Assembly (NCBI GenBank): GCA_004022145.1
Contig: RCNU01000002.1
Strand: one strand, 5' to 3'
Source: Paecilomyces variotii
Lineage: Eukaryota
Length of the DNA: 64,000 nt
Of the stretch, positions 26,632-40,649 are shown in pieces. The first letter of the stretch is position 1. Each line of letters starts with the position of its first letter. Under the pieces are notes generated by a model. The model saw only the letters and a list, made by a program, of their open reading frames with translations, made no database searches and was not told the DNA's origin. Made by a program: the position numbers and the translations under genes.

Positions 26632-27687
26632 TCTATACATTCTCTACCATGGTGGGAATCGGGCACTGGGCGGCAATACATGTGTTGAGGGGTGGAAGGG
26701 TTTTCACGCACATAATACAGCACATGTTTTCCTTTTCCGGTGTATATCAGCCTTCTCTGCCATGTGAATTGAGTATGTGCATCGTACAAATGTCTTGGGG
26801 CTCTTGGAGCTTTGCGATGGCGCTACCATGTGCTCACCGGATCTCAATGTATCTCGCCTATAGTCCAAAAAAGTATCCTGATGTGATGTATAGCCTTGAA
26901 CTTTTAGGGAGAGCTAAGCAATGATAATGGACTAGTACATCCTCGGTATCATTCTCTGGATTTCTCCCTGTGAATCTACTTCATAGACATTTGCTAATAT
27001 CAGAGTACGAACGCATCTAAACGGAACAGTATTCGTCTATCTGGACCACCTGCTTGGAGATTGCTTGTGTAAGAGGCCTGCCCTTCTAATTGACCCCTAG
27101 CCGGTCTTTTTTGTGTCTGCTAGTGGACCTCTGTCGGCGTACAAAGCAAACGCCAGGTGATCTGTCAATCATCCATTTGTGGCAGATTCTTTGAATCCTA
27201 ATTACGCTGGATTACTACTAGATTACTGGATTATTAGGATCTAGATTCTTTGTATGCTAGCGATAAATATGGGATCAAATCCCCCCTAGACCTAGAGTCA
27301 AGCAAGTAACTCAGATTCTGCTTCCGTGCTGTTTAGGATTCGACAACCTCACTCAAGCGAAAACATGGGGAAACTCCGTCAGGAGCTCCCCACATAGAGT
27401 GTCTGCAATATTATGTACATGGTTAGCCAACCGAACTAGATGCGGGTAAAAATATGTATCACACGAATATATATCTAGCCATACCAATAAACCGCTACAA
27501 CATAGGGTCCCAACCCTAAGAGTCAAACATTGAGAATAGTTACAGCACACATCAGTGGAATAAAAAGGACAATAGTAACTTAACCTGCACAAAACAGATG
27601 TTGGAAGCCCTTATTGTCGACATGATACTGCAAAATTTCTTTAGATTGGTTAATAAGTTAGGTACCCGCCGATCCTTCCATCAAATC

Positions 27688-27762
27688 GTCTCTGTGGCGC
27701 AATTGGTCTAGCGCGTTCGACTGTTAATCGAGAGGTTGGAAGTTCGAGCCTTCCCAGGGACG
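27688..27762 (+). tRNA. tRNA-Asn(GUU), copy 4
   Basis: Identical 75-nt sequence followed by TTTCTTTTTTCTTTTTT. Confidence 0.96.
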
Positions 27763-28239
27763 TTTCTTTTTTCTTTTTTTCTTTTTTCTTTTTTCTTGAT
27801 TTTCTGGTCCGAATACGTCTTAGTGTTAGCTACGGATTTTTTCTTGGCGGGTTATCTACAGAACATCTGAGGGACATCTCTAGAAACATAGTAAACTTGT
27901 CCGGTTGATTCTTTCTACATAGGTACTTTGATTGAAGGGCGCTGTTTTACACCTAGCACCGATCGTCCCCCCTACAAAGCAGCCACAAGGATAAGGGAAT
28001 CAACGCTGTAATTCTTCATGTATCATCGATGACTTCACATGCAGAGTAGACGGTGTTTCCAAACCCCACAAGCATTTCCCGATATAGAAAGCCGTCGGAG
28101 TGGGCAGCCCTACCCTGCTAAGTAGATGTCGGGTTTACCGCAGACTAAACCGTGCAGGTTTTTCTGTGATAGAGACAGCATTTCATCGGCATTCGGATAA
28201 AAATTCCCAATAGAATTTCATTCACGAGTTCGACATTAC

Positions 28240-28509
28240 CCCAACCTTCAGTTGCCGGCTTGTCTACCCGGTCGAGCCCAACTACATTTGCGCCGCACTC
28301 GAGAATAGCCTCGACGAGGGCAAGACCCATTCCGCCCCGTTGCGCCAGTCACTGTGAGATGGTGTGAAATATCGGTATCTAGCATGTAACATTCGAGTTA
28401 AGGATCACCTCACCAAGTATAGTCCCTTCGGAAAAGGGAGAATAGCTCAGATGAAGTGCGCTTTGGGCAATGGGCGCCACTCTCAGAGCAGTCTGTGGGC
28501 AGGTGACAT
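28240..28509 (-). pseudogene. Short-chain dehydrogenase 5' fragment, frameshifted
   Basis: Removing three single-base insertions gives MSPA..ELFSL..TIL|VTGATGGMGLALVEAILECGANVVGLDR (TGxxxGxG) with a canonical intron. No catalytic YxxxK part is found downstream. Confidence 0.7.
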
Positions 28510-29806
28510 GACGGATTCGAATATATTGATTTGTTGAGTGGGATGAGTGAGACCGGATCCCGTCTGTATATATGGAGCGGACTGGTCAACGATATATGTT
28601 TGCGCCGGGCAAGTAAGCAACTTCATATATAGTGAGCCTGTGCTGGTGAAAGAAGCTACCTAGATAATAGCACATGCTGGTTTCTCCGTCATCTTCAATT
28701 AGAACTCCATATTTTGAACGGCTAGAATCATCAGCTGAGATCCAACTCACAAAATGGAAAGAATCCCGCATGGGGCGGACCGACCGTTGCGAGCGGCCCG
28801 CCCGCCAGCCTGCAGTATGAAGCAGCTCCACCAGCCTTTCTTGAATTTTGGGCGCGTGGACCTGCTTAGATGGAGGATGAACTATGTAGTCAGTTCCATT
28901 AGGTGATCAAAGAAGTCAGCGGAGCTTGGAGGCAAAAAGTCTGATGGATTAGAGAGTAAAGAGGAGTAATAGGTCCCGAGGAAGCTTTTGAATGGACTAT
29001 TATCTCCGACCTCAGCACCTACTAATTGCTCCCAGAAACTTCTGATCAATACATCATTACTGGAAAGCTTACGAGGCCCTGTAAATTTTGATGGTGCAAG
29101 GAGGATTCTCCCTGGGATGCTAGCCATTGAAAATGAGCTAGTTAGCCGTAGCTTCACCATCAGCTAGCCAGATATATTACGCGCCAGAGCATACGATTAC
29201 TAGATTATTTGGGTACAATGTAATAATGTTTTATCTCCTGGGGGCTCAGCGTCCCCTTCCTCTTGGGGGTGGGGGGGAGAGAAAAAAAGGAAAGAAGCCC
29301 TAGAGCCGTTTCGACCTCATGAACATTGGTCTGTACCTAACTTAGCCTGAAAAAGATAGAAAAAAACAGTGTCTCACGACCAGGCAAAGCACGTGTCTTC
29401 ATGTGTGGTACACAGTGACCAAAACATACATTCTTCTAACTATGTAAATGCTATTTCTATAATACCGGACACCAAATGCAAACAGTTACTTTTTAGCCCA
29501 GCCACGAGAACACCTACCAGATGCCATCACAACAGACCCATATAATCAAGCAATGCAGAAATACCGAGTTATAAAACTGCAACATCTAATAGAAAAGAAA
29601 AAAAAAGAAAAGAAAAGAAGCAAAGCAGAAGACAAAGTGGAAATCAAGCCCAGCACCCCACAGAGACATTCTAATGCTATTAGATCAGACATTACGTGCA
29701 TAATTCATTCAATAAAGTTGTGTGTATGCATGCGTCGGGGCAAAATGAGCAGAAAATTATGAGAAACACCTGGAACAAGCCAATGAAACACTGCTTTACT
29801 CAGACA

Positions 29807-31443
29807 TTAATAGACAGTCCAAGCTCCGCGCAGGCCGACTTTAAGCAATTTGGCGGCGGTGAAGCAAATCAGACCGGCAAAGTAGCTGCAAGTCGTGAAA
29901 GCGATGAGGCCCCAATACTGACCATCGCAGCGGGAGATGATCTCGCCTGCAATAGGGACACCAGTAAGGGTACTATTTTGTTTCAGTTAGTACTGCAGTT
30001 CCCTTCACATAAAGATTTCAGGGCGATGAAGTCTACTTACCCGAAACTGACAATGGTATATGCCGTCGCATAATATCTGCCATAGTTCTCTGTCTTGCAA
30101 AGCTGTCCGACACAGACAGGAGTCAGACTGATGTTGCTGCCACTAGCGAAGCCGAATATAGCACAATATACGACCAGCAGAGCGACGCTGTTGCCCGCAG
30201 GAAGCCAGAAGCAGGCATTGCACAAAACGCACAGGACGGAGGCAAGGATCATGGCATTGAAACGACCAAGGAAGTCTGCGACGTAACCGGGAAGCCATCT
30301 ACCGAAGAAAGAGCCAGCGTTGAGGATGGCTAGGACCTGGTAGGAAAAGGTAGGCGAGATGTTGTGCGACAGGGCATAGGATGTTATATAACTCAAGGGA
30401 ATGAAAAGGCCCCATTCGACAAAGAAGATACCTGCTGTCGTGAACGTGAAAATGGGATCCCTGAAGATACGGAAATCCGGAAGTATATTCTCCTTTGACG
30501 CTGGTTTCGAGGGCAGTCTGGACTTGACTAGTAGACATGCTGTTCCTACCGTGACCAGACATATCAAGGCCAGGACTCGAGTTGCCCAAGCAAACCCAAC
30601 TTTAGGAAAGAGGTTATCCAACATCAGAGGGAACACAATGCCTCCCACAGAGCCACCAGTAGCGGCCATTCCTGTAGCTAGACCTCGCTTTTCATAAAAG
30701 AAATGCCCGACGGCCGCAAGGCAAGGCGTAAACAACAAGGACGTGCCAATGCCATTGAGGACGCCCAGAACGAGCATGAAATGCCAGTACTGAGTGCAGA
30801 AGCCCACGATGATAAATGAAGCCACGATGCAGATTGAACCAGCAAGGACAAGAAGTCGTGGGCCCTTTGCATCAAAGACTGGACCAATCTGAATTCCGCA
30901 GAAAAAGGTCAGAAATGCATAGACACCAAAGATCCAACCGACTGCACCTTCACTTTCGTCCTTCAGTTGGTGTGTCGAGACATAAGCCTGGAAGGTCCCG
31001 ATAGTATTCATTGGCCCCAGGGAACCCACAAGGCCCATGAAACTGCCAAAGACCACGACCCAAGCCTGCCGTCCTCCTTCTGGATAAGTGTTTCCGTAAG
31101 GGTCAGTCAAAACTCGAGTCGTGGTTTCCATGTGCGAGGACGCATCCGCAATGGTCTCTTCGTCTGAATAATCGCCATCCCCGGACTCAGGCGTGTGGCT
31201 GCCGTCGAATGCAGGTACAGAATGATTCACTGGCCGTTCTTGTGAAGTATACTGCTTCTCATTCGAAGAATCAACTGCATGGCTGGGATTCACCTCTGCG
31301 CTCTGAGAGCCTTCATGGATGAAAGTGTCTGAAGATTTCTCGCGGGGGGACTCTCCATGAGACGAATGATTAGATGCTTGGAAAGAATCATCATTTCTGA
31401 TCTGTGGCCCCGATGAGGTTCCAATGTAAGAATGTGTAGACAT
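29807..31443 (-). CDS. MFS monocarboxylate-porter-family (Mch-like) transporter, 2 exons
   Basis: [48 protein letters not shown]. Last exon [17 protein letters not shown] with stop at 29807-29809. Confidence 0.9.
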
Positions 31444-33885
31444 ATGCCTTGTGCGTAACCTGGTGCCTCCAAAGAAAAAAGACCGGTCCTACACTCTCAG
31501 CCCTTTCTGTTGACCTGCAAATTACGTCGATGCGACTTCAGCTAGAACACTGCAGCATGCAGGAATCAAGACAGTAGTTTATAGTATTGATTTGACGATT
31601 TATCCGATGGAATAACGACAGATCCCCAGATCAGATCTTAAGAAGATGAAGACATACGATGAAAGAGAAATGCGACGAAGACGAACTAAGTAGTTAATAG
31701 TTAGTTAATGGCTAAGTTTTGTCACCGACGGCGGGTTTTCTAGTACCATCTTGTCTATTGCGGGACCATGATGTACGGGGAGGAACTCGTCCTATCATTG
31801 GTTCCCTGCCCGAACGTACCTTGGAGACCGACTTCAACATCGTGGGCGAGCCCGGACTAGTATGAATTTATTATGCTAAATGACCTGGATGGATCAGAAT
31901 TAGGCAAATAATGGAACAGAAAGACTGGCCGAAAAGTTGCTGGCAAAAAGCCTTATTCAAGTCGGGGTAAAATTTAGCGCTAAAAAAGACCAAAGAGGAA
32001 GGTCCACCGCAAGCGCCACCCCCATCGAAGATTCGGTTCCGATCAGATAGTTAACCGCCGGGATGTCGAGTCATGTAAATGATTATTACTGCACAATGTG
32101 TTGGCGGAATGTGTTGCAGGTCTGACTTATGAGTAGCACACTCTAGATACAGATGGCTGCATCGGAAAAGGATTATCATCCATAAGGTAGACCTGCGGAT
32201 TGCGTGCTGACTTTCTCGGTCTTTGGGCATAAGTAGACTGTAAGTAAGCAATCATCCTTGGAAACTTAAGTAAAAGTCGGTGTCAGATCACCTAACCTTA
32301 GTACATACATACAACGGAATCTTCCGACGTTCCACTTCCAAGGGATCCTCGACCAGAGTACAGATCAACACACTGGGCGAAGAAAAAGAGACCGCCAATA
32401 CATCGCAGAGACGACATATGCGAAGATGCAGAGAAATCTCCATTAAAGGGTGGATTCTAACCTCACCGACTATGTAGTATGTACAGTACATACCTACATA
32501 CCTTGATCCCGCAATCCAGTAATCCAAATGTGGAGAAGCAGCAAATCCTGTTTTCATGTACTTACATATTGTGTATCAACACTCCGCACTTTAAAGTCTA
32601 GAGCATGGTAGTTAATTAGGGATTGTGTGTGTGTGTGTAAGACCGGTCACCACAAGCACATGCAACCTCCGAAACATAACCCTCCATCCTGATTCCAGGA
32701 GAGGCTACGCCTCCCTTCATACAGTAGTAAATAATTCAAGAATTATTATTATTAAAAGCTGCACCGCTCATAACTATAACTATAACCTAGAGTGGAAATC
32801 TCCCGGGAACCCCAAGAGTGGGGTCAAGACCAACTAAAGAATAATATGGTACTAGACTAACTCATAGTTACATCGATGATCTGGTTACTTAAGAAAGTGG
32901 AGATCCATTGAGAGAAAAACTCCACCCGGTAATAATATACATAGTAACTACATAGTAGTTACTGTAATGATAATAATACTCGAAGCCCTACGAAACGATT
33001 AGTTAGTTAGTTTCCTCCAGAATCATTGTTCTCACTTGCTAATTCACTTTAACCTAACTAACTATCGAGTCCGTGTATCACCTTATAGATATTACTCTAT
33101 ATAATGTTAGATAATAGTTACTGTAAAATTACAGATTCTGCAATAGCACATAACTACTTTATAGTTATCCGTTGCGCTGATCTAGCCTCATATTGTATGC
33201 ACATTGCACTGTCGATATTGATAAGCACCACACACCGCACACCGCACCTCTGGGCTCTTGAAATAAAGCCCTGGTCGCCGGAGCTAGTCTATCTATACCA
33301 GAAGCGAGGAATCTAATAATACATAACTAAAGTCGTCGTGAGTTATCTGATTGGAGTCTTTGGAGCGCCCTTGGCCCACTAGATGATCGCTTTCTGTTTT
33401 GTTCCTGAACAAGTGCATATTATGAATTATTGTTAGGGTTGGTCTAGGCGGAAGCTAAGATAAGAATGGTATTCTTGTCTTGACGTCTGGATTTGCGTAG
33501 TAGTAGTAGTACTTTATCTTCCAGGGACTGTTTGGATAGTAGATTGATCGTTAAATCATTCCATTTCATACTCCACATCGAGGGTATATATAAGACATCA
33601 ATTATGTACATGTGTATTTTTGTTTCTTCTTCTGTGAAAAATGCAGGACATGCATGCCAGACAGGTATCGGCTCACACTGCTCAAACTAAATACCCAGCA
33701 GTCGATGCATGTAACGATGCCAAGAGTAGCGCTATGCAAAAGAAAAATGGCATCTTGATCACGAATATTCATGCTTAATAAGTAGACTCTTCTTCCAGAG
33801 GGATATCAGACCGAATGCGAGATTCCCAAGACTCGTAGATCAGGCAGATAAGATAAGGAATCTCCCTCTGCGGAAAGATGACGCT

Positions 33886-35973
33886 CTACAGAGATTGCTT
33901 GCCCCGCGTTTCGATAGGCAGCAGACACATGGCCACGAACGCAGCAAGGATAAGACCGCCACTTGCATATATGGGAGAGTTCGGGTTCGCGTTGGAGCCA
34001 TAGATCGCGACAATGGGGGCAAACAGACCGCACAGACGGTTGAAGAAACTGGCGATACCTGTTCCCGTGCCGCGGTTAGGGGCGGGGAAGACTTCCGGAG
34101 TGTAGGCGTACAACACGCCATACATGATGTTCTGGAAGAACGCTTCCAGAGAAGAGCAGACCAGCTGGGAGTTGGAGTCTGTAGAGATCGTAAAACAGAA
34201 GAGGATGACACCTGTAATCACGGTTGAGATCGCCATCGTTCCCTTGCGTCCAATGTACTTGATGTCGACGGTATAGCAACCTAGGATGGAGCCGGGGACG
34301 CCAACAATGGACGTGATAGCATAGTTGCGGTAAACGATGTTTGTTGGCGTAGGAGCACCGCTGCCACCGGAGTTGCTGAGGTACTGGGGCAGGAATGCGT
34401 TGAAGAGAGGATATCCCATGCCGATAGTCGCCCAGCAGAACCACAACAGAACGGTGGTGAACCCGAGTCTCTTGGTCGCGAAGAGGGGACCAATGCGTTC
34501 TCCGGAGAACTTAGACAGGGTTCTTTTAATGATCTCTGCGTATGACAGGACCTGATTGGACGCTTCGTCTGGGTGACCGCCAATCTCATTGAGGATCTCG
34601 TTCGTGAGCCACGTCTTGGTCTTGTTCTTGTAGGCAATGCCGTGAACCGCAGAAACCGCTTCTTCCTGGCGGCCACGAGAGAGAAGGAACTTGGGTGACT
34701 CGAAGAGGTGGAAGAAGAAGAAGCGGCATACGAACATAAAGAAGGTCAGTGAACCAAGGGTATAGGTCAGGTATCTCCAACCCATGTTGTCCTCCTTTCT
34801 GCAGCAAGGGACACCGGAGGTCGTGTGGCATGACGGCAAGTCGGTTGAGCAGGAGTAATTGGGGATAAAAGCCCAAGCCAAGAGACTTGATATCAACTGA
34901 CCGATCGGCCACCAGACGCTAAGCATAGTCAAGAGATTCCCCGAAGCAAAAGGCAGGAATTCCAGGAACAGTGCTCCGTCGACTGGCAAGTTACCACCGA
35001 CACCCAGTCCCATACAAGCGAACATGGCGCAGGCTCTGATTACAGGAGGTCAGCGGTAGTCCCCGGTGACATTTAGGCTTAGCAGATGCAACATACCCTA
35101 TCCACGTAGGACTTCCACCCACTGCGATACCAAAAACGCCGCACATGAACAGGGTCATATTGAAGGCTAGGCGTCGTCCCACCACATCGGACATGATACC
35201 CCAGAAAGACGCTCCGATACAAAGACCCAGAAAGAGGGCACATGTGGTAAAGCGCACGTGCGACTCAGAGACGCCGAACTCGACGGACAGCTGGGTAAGA
35301 GTTAGGGCAACACCCTGCACGTGATCAGTAAGATAGTTCCAACGACGTCCATTACTTCGCGATATGGATGTACCTGTAGCCATAGACTAGATGGTGACTG
35401 AGATTAGCAGCTGGTCGATGCCTGGTTCCATGTAGAAGAAGGCAGAAAAACTCACTTGTCTGCCAGCCAACCGAAACCGCACAGAGCGAAGAGCTCCCAT
35501 TGATATCGGCCCATTCCAATGTCTTGGATGGCCCTGTTGATCACTTTGGACTTTCCTGTACAAGAACATTAGATCCATCATCTACTGGAATATACCACAG
35601 GGTCAAGAGGGGAATAGTCGCGTTGGGATAAGCGCAGGTTGGGACCGCTCCGGAGAGAGAAAAGAAAGGGGCTCAACAGGCGCTACGCGGCATAGAAAGA
35701 CGTACGATCATAGGCACTGTCATGGCCGGACGCCGCGACATCATTTTCCACCTCTGCTCGGAGAGCCTCGATGGTCAATGTGCTAGTCTCGGGGAGTGAT
35801 GCGGCACCATTCTCCTCCGACCCAACCTTGGCCAGCTTATCATCGTCCTTGGCCGGGTTGACATCCTTTTCTGCAGGAGCCAGATCGGGGCGATGACCCT
35901 GGGACAGCGGTATCACCACACCTGGAAAGGTGCGGTAGTTGTCCCTCTGGAAGGGGTTGGTGAAGAAAGGCAT
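33886..35973 (-). CDS. MFS transporter, SV2/SVOP-like sugar-porter relative, multi-exon
   Basis: MPFFTNPFQR start, SDVVGRRLAFN, GVGGNLPVD, ESPKFL, IGRKGT, YAYTPEVFP..RGTG, PIETRGK. Confidence 0.9.
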
Positions 35974-38900
35974 GGCTTCGGTTTTCTTCTGGGGGTTCAC
36001 GGGCGCTGTGGGTAAGACGTCTGCTACCGAAATGTTGGCGCTGGGGCGATCGTGTCTCCTACCGATCCGGGCCGTTCGAAATCGCCAAAATCGTCGATGG
36101 GCTCGTCGATGGGTTCGGCGCTGGGGTGCGAAAATGTAGGCCTTGCGTTGGGGCTAGATCTAAACTTCGTGCCGGGAGGGGTGCAATCCGTCCGTTCGGG
36201 GAATAATCGATCACAATGTTGCTAACAATGTCGCTCTGGGCTGCTTCAGGTTTACCGGAAGTCTATCGGACTGAAGAAGCAGATAAAGGGCGGAGTCGCG
36301 TTGGGATTGTCGAGTTGCTATCACGGAGCTTCTCTAGGAACGCGCGAAGTAGATGGACCAGAACCTTTGTATGCTGCGAGTCTCTGGAAAACCCGAGTAT
36401 TATAGGTATATAGAAAACAGAAATAATCGAAAGAGTAGTAACTAGCTCAGCATTGCGCTGGAGCCGGCTGACAGGGTATATATATGTGATACGGTGCAAG
36501 AATGAATCGGGAACAATTGCTTGATCAACCACTGCAGAAGCAAAGCTGACAGTGATTGTCAAAAGAATCCCGGGGAGGGTATAGATGGACAGGGTAGATG
36601 ACTGTTGAAGAATGTGAGTATCACTGGTGACTGCAGAAGAGGAAAAAAAAAGGACAAATGCGGCGGGAGTTGTCAGATGTATATATGCGAGGGAATGCAG
36701 AGGATCTTTTTTTTTTCTTCTTCTTTTCTCCCAGCCTGGGATGTCATTGGAGCACTGTAACTGCCGTGAGTGTTCGCGTGAATGCTGATCCAAAGAGAGC
36801 CTTCCAGCTTGTGATGGGGCAGGGAAGCTGGGGTAGCCGGACACGGCACCAGTCGGAGAAAGCGACGACGGGCGGAGCTTGACCCAAGGGCGAAAAAAAG
36901 GGCGCCGTCTCTTTCTGCTGTGGAGGTCTCTCTCCATGGAACCGTCTGCGTTCCCTTCCCCGAGGGAAACGGTCGATGGCGGAGAGAAAGGAGAAGCAAG
37001 ACTCAGTGGAATGGTTGTTTCATCAACCGTATCGAATATCCTGATAGAGGCAGAGAGTACAGAAGGGTCGAGCGCGCATCAGATTATTGATTCAGATAGA
37101 TAAGAAATCGCCCGATGGAGAGGGCGAGAGAGACGAAGAACGAATTGTCGTCTCCGAAAGAGGAACCAATGAGAAAAGGAGATACAGATGAGATCGTAGC
37201 GATCTGATTGGGCCAGACCGCCCAGGAGCGACGCGACCGTGGATGACGCCTTAACCAGCCAGAAGCGCCGGATGGGCGGCTGTGGGGAGGGGTTAATTAT
37301 CCTTTAGGGGTGGTCCTTAACTAACGTCCACTAATCTCTAGCGCTTCTCTGCGCGCTGAGGCCCCTACAACTGTCTGTGAGATTGGGCACAAGCCAGCAT
37401 GACAGTGGAAACATGGTCAATTAACTACCATAGTCTAACTGTCTAACTGACTAGATACCCGGCTCTGTGCTCCTCTGCCCTGGCCTAGTGGTAGCCGCTG
37501 ACCAGGTGGCGTTGCGTGGTCGAGGAATCTAGTTATCATCAAGAGAACTCAACTTATCATTATGGATCAAAGACAGCGAGAACCCATACTTTCTTTCTAG
37601 GCAGAAGGTTTCTTCTGGAGGCGTTGGTATTTATTCGAGTCTACTGGCTCATTGATTCCCCAAAACAGCTATCTATCCTGTGCCACGACTGAGCGGTGCA
37701 GTCCGACAGAACAGAAGATCGCAACACCCACGGCCCGCACCGATCCACTGCCCGCAAATTTGCTTTCTGTCGCATCAATCAAGCGAACCAGGAAATAATC
37801 CACGATCAAAAAGAACGCCCAGCCGTCATGGCCCGCCGCGTTCATTTAATTGTATTTGCACTAGAAGCTAATAGATGTCTATCGATGTTGGTGGAGGTTC
37901 ATCTCTCATCCTACCCGAATGCGAGGGCCATAGCATGTCATCGCCCAGAGAAACGCAAAAGGTTACACTGCGACGGTGCACAATGCATCGATCTAGTTAC
38001 TTGGAGGCTGAAGCACGCGAGAACCCTGCTAATAATGATGATGGTATCTACAGTATTGTTTTTTTGCATAAACCTTTTCCTCAGATCAGCGCGCACATCG
38101 GGAAAAATCACGTGGGAAGTCAAGTCATGACGTCCACCAACGGCGGCAACAAGAAAAGCAAAAGAGTAAGAGAGACAGAAGAAGACTAGAAAAAGGCATC
38201 TTTTGGGAAACTAAACTCGTTGCAGGAAAATTTTGTCGTTGCCATCGGTCTCTTGGCATTTCGGCTGTCGTTCCGCATGCGTTCGGCTCCCTGTGGTCCG
38301 AAATATCCAATAATCTTTGTCTCTTACCCTCGCTCGTAGTTGATCGGATGCGCTCAAAGCCTCAAAGTAGCTACTTCGTAGTGTCCGGTAATAATTATTC
38401 CTGGTCAGCCACGTGAACCGGGCGTAGGATATACTCACTCCCTGAGTCGTGGGTCGTAACTGAAGTAATCGAACGATTTAGTTAGCAGTCGAAAGAAGTT
38501 GGCACAACAGCCAGTAGATAGGCTGTCTTTGAGTTTAACTGGTGGAGCTCTGCGCGGTTGATATAAGAGCTCAGAGCACATCGCATTATTATTATTAACT
38601 AACCAGATGGTATGGAGTCTATGGACACGCGAGCATGCGCACTGTCCTCTGCGCTGTTGAAACGCCGGTAAACGGGAAGTATAGATCCAAGCAGTTAGTA
38701 CAGCCTTGCTTTCAGCAGAGTACAGTGACACCCCTGTTCCTGCTCATCAACTCGTCTCTCGCGGCTTACCCTCGGGAAACTCAAGTCATCCCTGCTTAAC
38801 ATCCTACAGCGGAGTCGATGGAGATGATAACAACTCGCTGATAAGAGTCTATTATGCATGTCGAACCCTGCGTCCCTCTGGAGAGGAGAAAGGCATCACC

Positions 38901-40649
38901 TTATCCAACTGGATCCCAGATGAAACAGAATAAATAATAAGGGAAAAAGAAACCTTAGTTAAAAGGATAGAAGATCAGTGCGAGGACTCAGGAGTAATAA
39001 AATAATAACTAAACTGTAGTTACTTACCTGGAGTAGTTAACTATTACCTACCTACATACATTCATCAAAATCTTCCCCGCAAAAATAACAATCTGACACT
39101 TTCTCTCCCCCTTTTTTTTGTTTTAAAAAACAGTAAAGTAGACAATAATATAACAAGAGAGATACACGGCGCAAAAGACTCCAAGGGACTTCTTTTCTCC
39201 AAGCAGTAAAAATAAACACAATCGCACTAACCTGATTCGCGCTATAGAGATTAGCAGCCCTGGAGGGCATTAGCTAGGTACGTAAGGTTGCTTATCATCA
39301 ATCCATTATTATTATTCCCCCCCCCCGCGGAAACTGACGTACGCTCTTATCCCTATCATTATTATCCTTATAAGTATGTAGCCTATAACTACCTTCTTCT
39401 TTTGGCTATCATCATTCCTCTCCTCCTTCCCCACTACCACGTGCTAGGGCTCCATCGCCTACAATTTAGTGGTCTGGTATGACTATTGTGCTTAGGAGAA
39501 GACGAGCTGCTCTGGGCCCAAGCCCTGTATTCCATATCGATTCGAGGATTTCTCAATCGATTCCTTGCTCCTAACTGGCCATGGGGGAAATAGGCAGTCA
39601 CTATTGTAGTGCAGGGCCCGTTTTGTTTGATTGTAAGAGATCGCCGGAGAAGCATTGAATCTGGAACGAAATGCGTGAGCTTTGGGGTTCTGAGGTAATG
39701 ATTACCTTCTAGAGTCAATCAGAAGGGGGTTTGCTGATAGTGCTCTGATCCTCGGAATTGTCGTAGTGTTTCAGGAGACTTCTAAATTGGATGGAAATGA
39801 TGAATCTGTAATAACCTTTTTTTTTTTTTTTTTTAAATAATTGCTAAGTTGTTATATTGTTGAGAGCTTCCTGGGTCTGGCCGCGCACGAGCATTACTCC
39901 ACCAAGACGCAAATTGGTTATCGATCCTTCCATTTTACCTTATGACATCTCAACCTCAAGTGCTTTGCTTATACATTATTGCTATCTATGCTGCACTAAG
40001 ACTACGACAACTACGCTTTTAGGCGTAGTCTAAGGCCAGCACCGTACTATATAGCCTAGTAGCCACCGTATTCTTCTATCTAGTCTACCGCAGAAGGGGA
40101 CAAAATCACGATTATGCAAACCTCGGTGACTAGCCATCGGTGGTATTCTCTGAGAGCTCTATGGAATGAACATTGCATGCTCTGCTTGAAGAAAGAACAA
40201 GGGAAGAAAAAATTAAGATGACATAACATGAAGCGAGCCAATACCCCGTGGAAACCTACAGGCCCGAAACCGGGTACCGCCCACACAGGAGGTGGGTTCT
40301 CTTTTCACCGAACAAGAGCAATTTCATACACAATAGCCTGACGTGTGCTTGTATGCAAATGCGGAATAGGGGAAAAAAAGAAATGAGAACGGTATGACAA
40401 ATTAACACCGCAATAAGACAAGACAGGATATAAGACTGCCGACAATAGCTACCGTAACGCACGTGAACCGATAAAATATGGACAGCAAGGAAAGCGCAAC
40501 ACAACTCCCCACCCTTTCAAAGTGAGTCGACCGGCGATCTCTGAGCCGAAGCACCATCTACCCGACAGACATGCAAGGATGAACAAAAGGAGAAATTGAC
40601 ATTGAGATGGGACCTCCGCAGAGTAGATGGATCAAAGTGGGAAGATGCC

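Noticed and set aside
28882-29160. ORF containing MASIPGRIL, resembling an MFS helix
   Set aside because: The similarity is limited to a few residues and nothing else fits a transporter.
36263-36937. 224-aa minus-strand ORF
   Set aside because: Crosses homopolymer and promoter-like sequence with no recognisable domain. More likely the UTR or promoter of the MFS gene.
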